Assembly (NCBI GenBank): GCA_050952645.1
Contig: JBMNLI010000009.1
Location: forward strand, 9,037 to 73,036
Direction: 5' to 3'
Source: Bdellovibrionota bacterium
GTDB lineage: Bacteria; Bdellovibrionota_C; UBA2361; CAKMMH01
DNA: 64,000 nt
In this document: in pieces, positions 60,828 to 64,000 of the stretch
Layout of the letters: each line of letters begins with the position of its first letter
Position numbering within the stretch: position 1 is the stretch's first letter
The notes under the pieces: generated by a model
Databases searched by the model: none
What the model saw: the letters and a program-made list of their open reading frames with translations, nothing else
What the model was told of the DNA's origin: nothing
Made by a program: the position numbers and the translations under genes

Positions 60828-61747
60828 TTAGTTTTTACTAATCCACTTTTTTACTTCATAAACTACCTCTGCCCCACTAGCGCAAGCCGTTACTATTTGT
60901 TTAGTGCTTCCTTCTTTTATATCGCCAGCAACAAAAACTCCGTCGATATTAGTCATAAAAGAGTTATCGCTAGTAATAACTAAACCATTTTTAGTAGTGC
61001 TTATTTTATCTTGCAATAAAAGCATATTGTTTTCATAATTATTTATATAAAAAAAACCGTCTATATTTAACTCTTGCTTTTCCTTAGTTAAGTTATTAGT
61101 TATAAGAAGCGTTTCTAATCCTTTTAAACTATCTCCTTTAGCTTCAGTTATAGTAGTGTTATCTAAAATTTGAATGTTATTATTATTTAAATTCTTATTC
61201 TTAAATTTAAAATCTTTATTTTCTGTAATAAAAATAATCTTACTAGTAATCTTTGATAAATATAAAATATCCTCTTCTATATCTTTTGAATTTCCATAAA
61301 CTGCGATAGTTTTATTTTTATAAAAAGGGCCCGTCGCAAGTAGTGCAAGTAGAAACGCCTTTTCCTAAAAAATCATTTATATTTTTTATAGTGCTTTTGC
61401 TTTGGTTAAGCCCAGTAGCAAAGATAACTGCTTTTGTATTATACTGAGTGCCACTTTCACCTATTAAGATTTTTTTATCTTTTAAAACGTAAAAATCTTT
61501 AATAACATCATTAACTATTTTAGCTCCACTATTTATGGCTTGTTCTTTCATATTACTAATCAACGTTTTCCCGTCGATAGGATTAGCAAATCCAGGATAG
61601 TTTTCTATATTTTTAAGTTTTGCAACTACACCGCCAAGAGTTTTTCCAGTAATAATTATCGGGTCTAGTTTAGCTCTACCAGCGTAAATTCCAGCAGTTA
61701 AACCACTAGGCCCAGAGCCTACGATTATAAGATTGTTTAGTTTCCAT
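60828..61747 (-). CDS. trxB: Thioredoxin reductase-like protein (2 frameshifts, probably errors)
   Basis: IIVGSGPSGLTAGIYAGR, IENYPGF, GVSTCTTCDG, GVFVAGDI. Confidence 0.85.
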
Positions 61748-62286
61748 ATTTTGTATTTTTAAAAAGTTATCCACAGCTTTATAAACAACTGTTGATAGTT
61801 TCAAGCAGTTTAAAGTAAAAAAAATAAATTTTTATTTTATAGTATATTGCTTAAAATTATAACAAAAAGTTATTTTTTTTATATAGTTTATTAAAGTAAG
61901 CACTATTTAATATATTTCAACTATAGTTTTAGAAGTTTTTAAGTGTAAATTTTAAATATTTGTGGATAATTAGTTTAAAAAATGTATAAAAAAAGTTTAT
62001 TATTAGTAATAATTTATAATAAAAACAATATATTAGCTATGTTTTTAAACATATTTATCAACACCTGTTGTTAATTTTAAGTTTGTTAAAGTAATAAAAG
62101 GTAATTTTATATTTTTCTTTTAAAAAAGTTTCTCACTTTTTTAGAAAGATTTTTTAAAATATCATTAAAATTTAAATAGTTAGAGGTGTTTTTTTAAAGA
62201 GTTTTTTTTGTTGTAAACACTGGTGTTTTTTTTTAAATTTAAGTATCTAGTTTAATTTGACAATTCGTTAGCTTTACTGATTTGCG

Positions 62287-63840
62287 CTAATTTAAGAGTG
62301 CCTCTATTAACTCCTCACGGCTAGGATGCATAATAGGTATAAATTGTTTTTTATCACCTAATATGGCTGCTTGTTCTTTTTCTTTTCTTCTTAAGTTTTT
62401 ATAAATTAGCTCATCTACTTTTGCTGAATGTAAAGAAATAATATTAACGGTTCCTTGTTGACCAATCCTGTGAATTCTATCTATAGATTGAAGCCAGTGT
62501 TCTGCATTCCAAGTTTTATCTAAGTATATAGCAGTTTGCGCAGCGTGGAGCGTTATTCCAACTCCCCCAGCTGCTGGAATTCCGATTAAAATTTTTATAT
62601 TTCCTAGAGGGTTTTGAAAGTTATCTACTATTTCTTGTCTCTCTTTAATTTTTATATCACCGTAAAAAGGAGCAGTGCCTAATTTTTTATATCTTTCAAT
62701 TAACTCATCTACATTCTTTTTATAATTAGTCCAAATAACTAACTTTCGTCCATTTTCTTTTACTAATTCCTCAACTATATCGTCTAGCTCTAAAAATTTC
62801 ACTGGTTCTCCTTTCCAGTCTTCATCTAAAAGTCTAGGATTAGTAGCTATTTGAACGGCACGTAAATATTGCTCTAGTATGCTATCTATTTGCTTAGTGT
62901 AAGTCTCTCCGTCCATATTTTTTAGTTCTACTAAAAGCTCTTTACATAAACAATCGTATTTTGCTTTTTGCTCACCTACCATAGTTAAATCACGAACTGA
63001 AAATAATTTTTCAGGCAGGTTTACCACTTCTTCTTTTTTACGCCTTAAAAGAATTTCAGAGACTCTTAAAATAACATCATTTACTTTATCAACTTTAAAT
63101 TTTCTAACAGCAAACTCACTCCATTTATTCCCAACCTCTGCAATTTTAGTAAGCCAAGAGTAAAAGTTTTTACCAAACCTTTCTCCATCATCTAGTATTA
63201 GCATTTGCGACCAAATATCTACAATATTGCACGGTATTGGAGTTCCGCTTAAAAGTATTTTTCTTTGTGCATGAAGTGCAATTTTTCTTAATGCTTTAAA
63301 AGTTTTCGAGGTTGGATTTTTTAATTTTTGTGATTCATCAAAGCAGATTAAAATCTTTTTCTTTTTTGCGATTTCTATTAGTTTTTCAGTTATATCATCT
63401 AGCCTTGCACTTTCATAATTTATGATTCCTATCTCTACACCTTGAGTTAAAATTTTATTTAAAATTTTACCTCTTTTACTTTTAGTTCCCGTTATAAGTT
63501 TAGTCCAAAGCTCAGGTGTCCAATACTCGGCTTCTTTTTTCCAGTTAGTGATAAGGCTATTCGGGCAAATTACTAGCATTAAATCTATTTCTTCTTTTTC
63601 TCTTAAATATTTAAATGTAGAAAGAACGGTTAATGTCTTTCCTAATCCCATATCATCGCCTAAAAGTGCATTCTTAAATTCTAATAGCCATTTAATCCCT
63701 ACTCTTTGATGTGGAAAAAGTTTTGCTTCAAATTCTTTATCATTAAAATTTATAGTAGCATCTTTTAATTTTCTAAAATACTCACATCTATCTACTAAAA
63801 CTTTTCGCTTTTTTAAATCTTGTAGTAGCTCTAAAAACGA
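62287..63840 (-). CDS. SNF2-family (DEAD/DEAH) helicase; true start unclear
   Basis: Frame is open upstream of the track ORF (LFPHQRVGIKWL..LGDDMGLGKT) up to an in-frame TAA at 63841-63843; DESQ, LSGTP, QSIDRIHRIGQ motifs. Confidence 0.85.
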   Translation of the reverse strand, partial: SFLELLQDLKKRKVLVDRCEYFRKLKDATINFNDKEFEAKLFPHQRVGIKWLLEFKNALLGDDMGLGKTLTVLSTFKYLREKEEIDLMLVICPNSLITNWKKEAEYWTPELWTKLITGTKSKRGKILNKILTQGVEIGIINYESARLDDITEKLIEIAKKKKILICFDESQKLKNPTSKTFKALRKIALHAQRKILLSGTPIPCNIVDIWSQMLILDDGERFGKNFYSWLTKIAEVGNKWSEFAVRKFKVDKVNDVILRVSEILLRRKKEEVVNLPEKLFSVRDLTMVGEQKAKYDCLCKELLVELKNMDGETYTKQIDSILEQYLRAVQIATNPRLLDEDWKGEPVKFLELDDIVEELVKENGRKLVIWTNYKKNVDELIERYKKLGTAPFYGDIKIKERQEIVDNFQNPLGNIKILIGIPAAGGVGITLHAAQTAIYLDKTWNAEHWLQSIDRIHRIGQQGTVNIISLHSAKVDELIYKNLRRKEKEQAAILGDKKQFIPIMHPSREELIEALLN

Positions 63841-64000
63841 TTAGTAGTAGTGATAATATTCAAAACTCCAGCTTGGTTTTAAGGCGATATTTAATTTTTT
63901 ATATTCATCTTCAATATTTCTTTCGTTAAATGTAAAAATAATAATGATTTTTATAAACGTTATGCAACTCTTTTTTTAAGTTTAAAAAAGTTTTTATTGT

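Noticed and set aside
58294..61747. Programmed frameshifting or true pseudogenes of dnaA/atpB/atpE/trxB
   Set aside because: There are too many shifts, they are regionally clustered and at homopolymers, and they fall in essential genes with otherwise intact motifs.

Overview
Very AT-rich bacterial chromosome segment. The gene complement (split atpB-atpE, RpoH-box sigma factor, VKOR-DsbA fusion, pilB/pilC) suggests a deltaproteobacterial or Bdellovibrionota-grade organism; this is inference. The window contains the replication-origin region (topA-recF-dnaN-oriC-dnaA), uvrB/uvrC, murJ, a lone fliD with a sigma-28 promoter, infC, lipA, rpiA, HU and engB. It also carries type IV pilus genes (pilB, pilC, no pilT) converging on a Tad/Flp pilus operon that ends in an unusual PilB-N/receiver-like gene and a hybrid kinase. 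The clearest unannotated structure is non-coding. (1) A modular, hairpin-forming MITE family has ISL3-like ends (GG[C/T]TCTTCACGTTTT) and 8-bp target duplications. It occurs as single, minimal, composite, 4x-tandem and cargo-carrying forms, including one copy that splits a gene and one inside oriC. (2) An array of 21-bp-phased CGACA-N4-TGTCG palindromes sits in tandemly duplicated promoter-like modules next to a wHTH regulator gene, and a second MITE family interrupts it. Also present are a three-gene island broken only by in-frame stops, two internally deleted gene remnants, and a cluster of frameshifts at 58.3-61.8 kb that are most likely sequencing errors. I found no rRNA, tRNA or CRISPR array.
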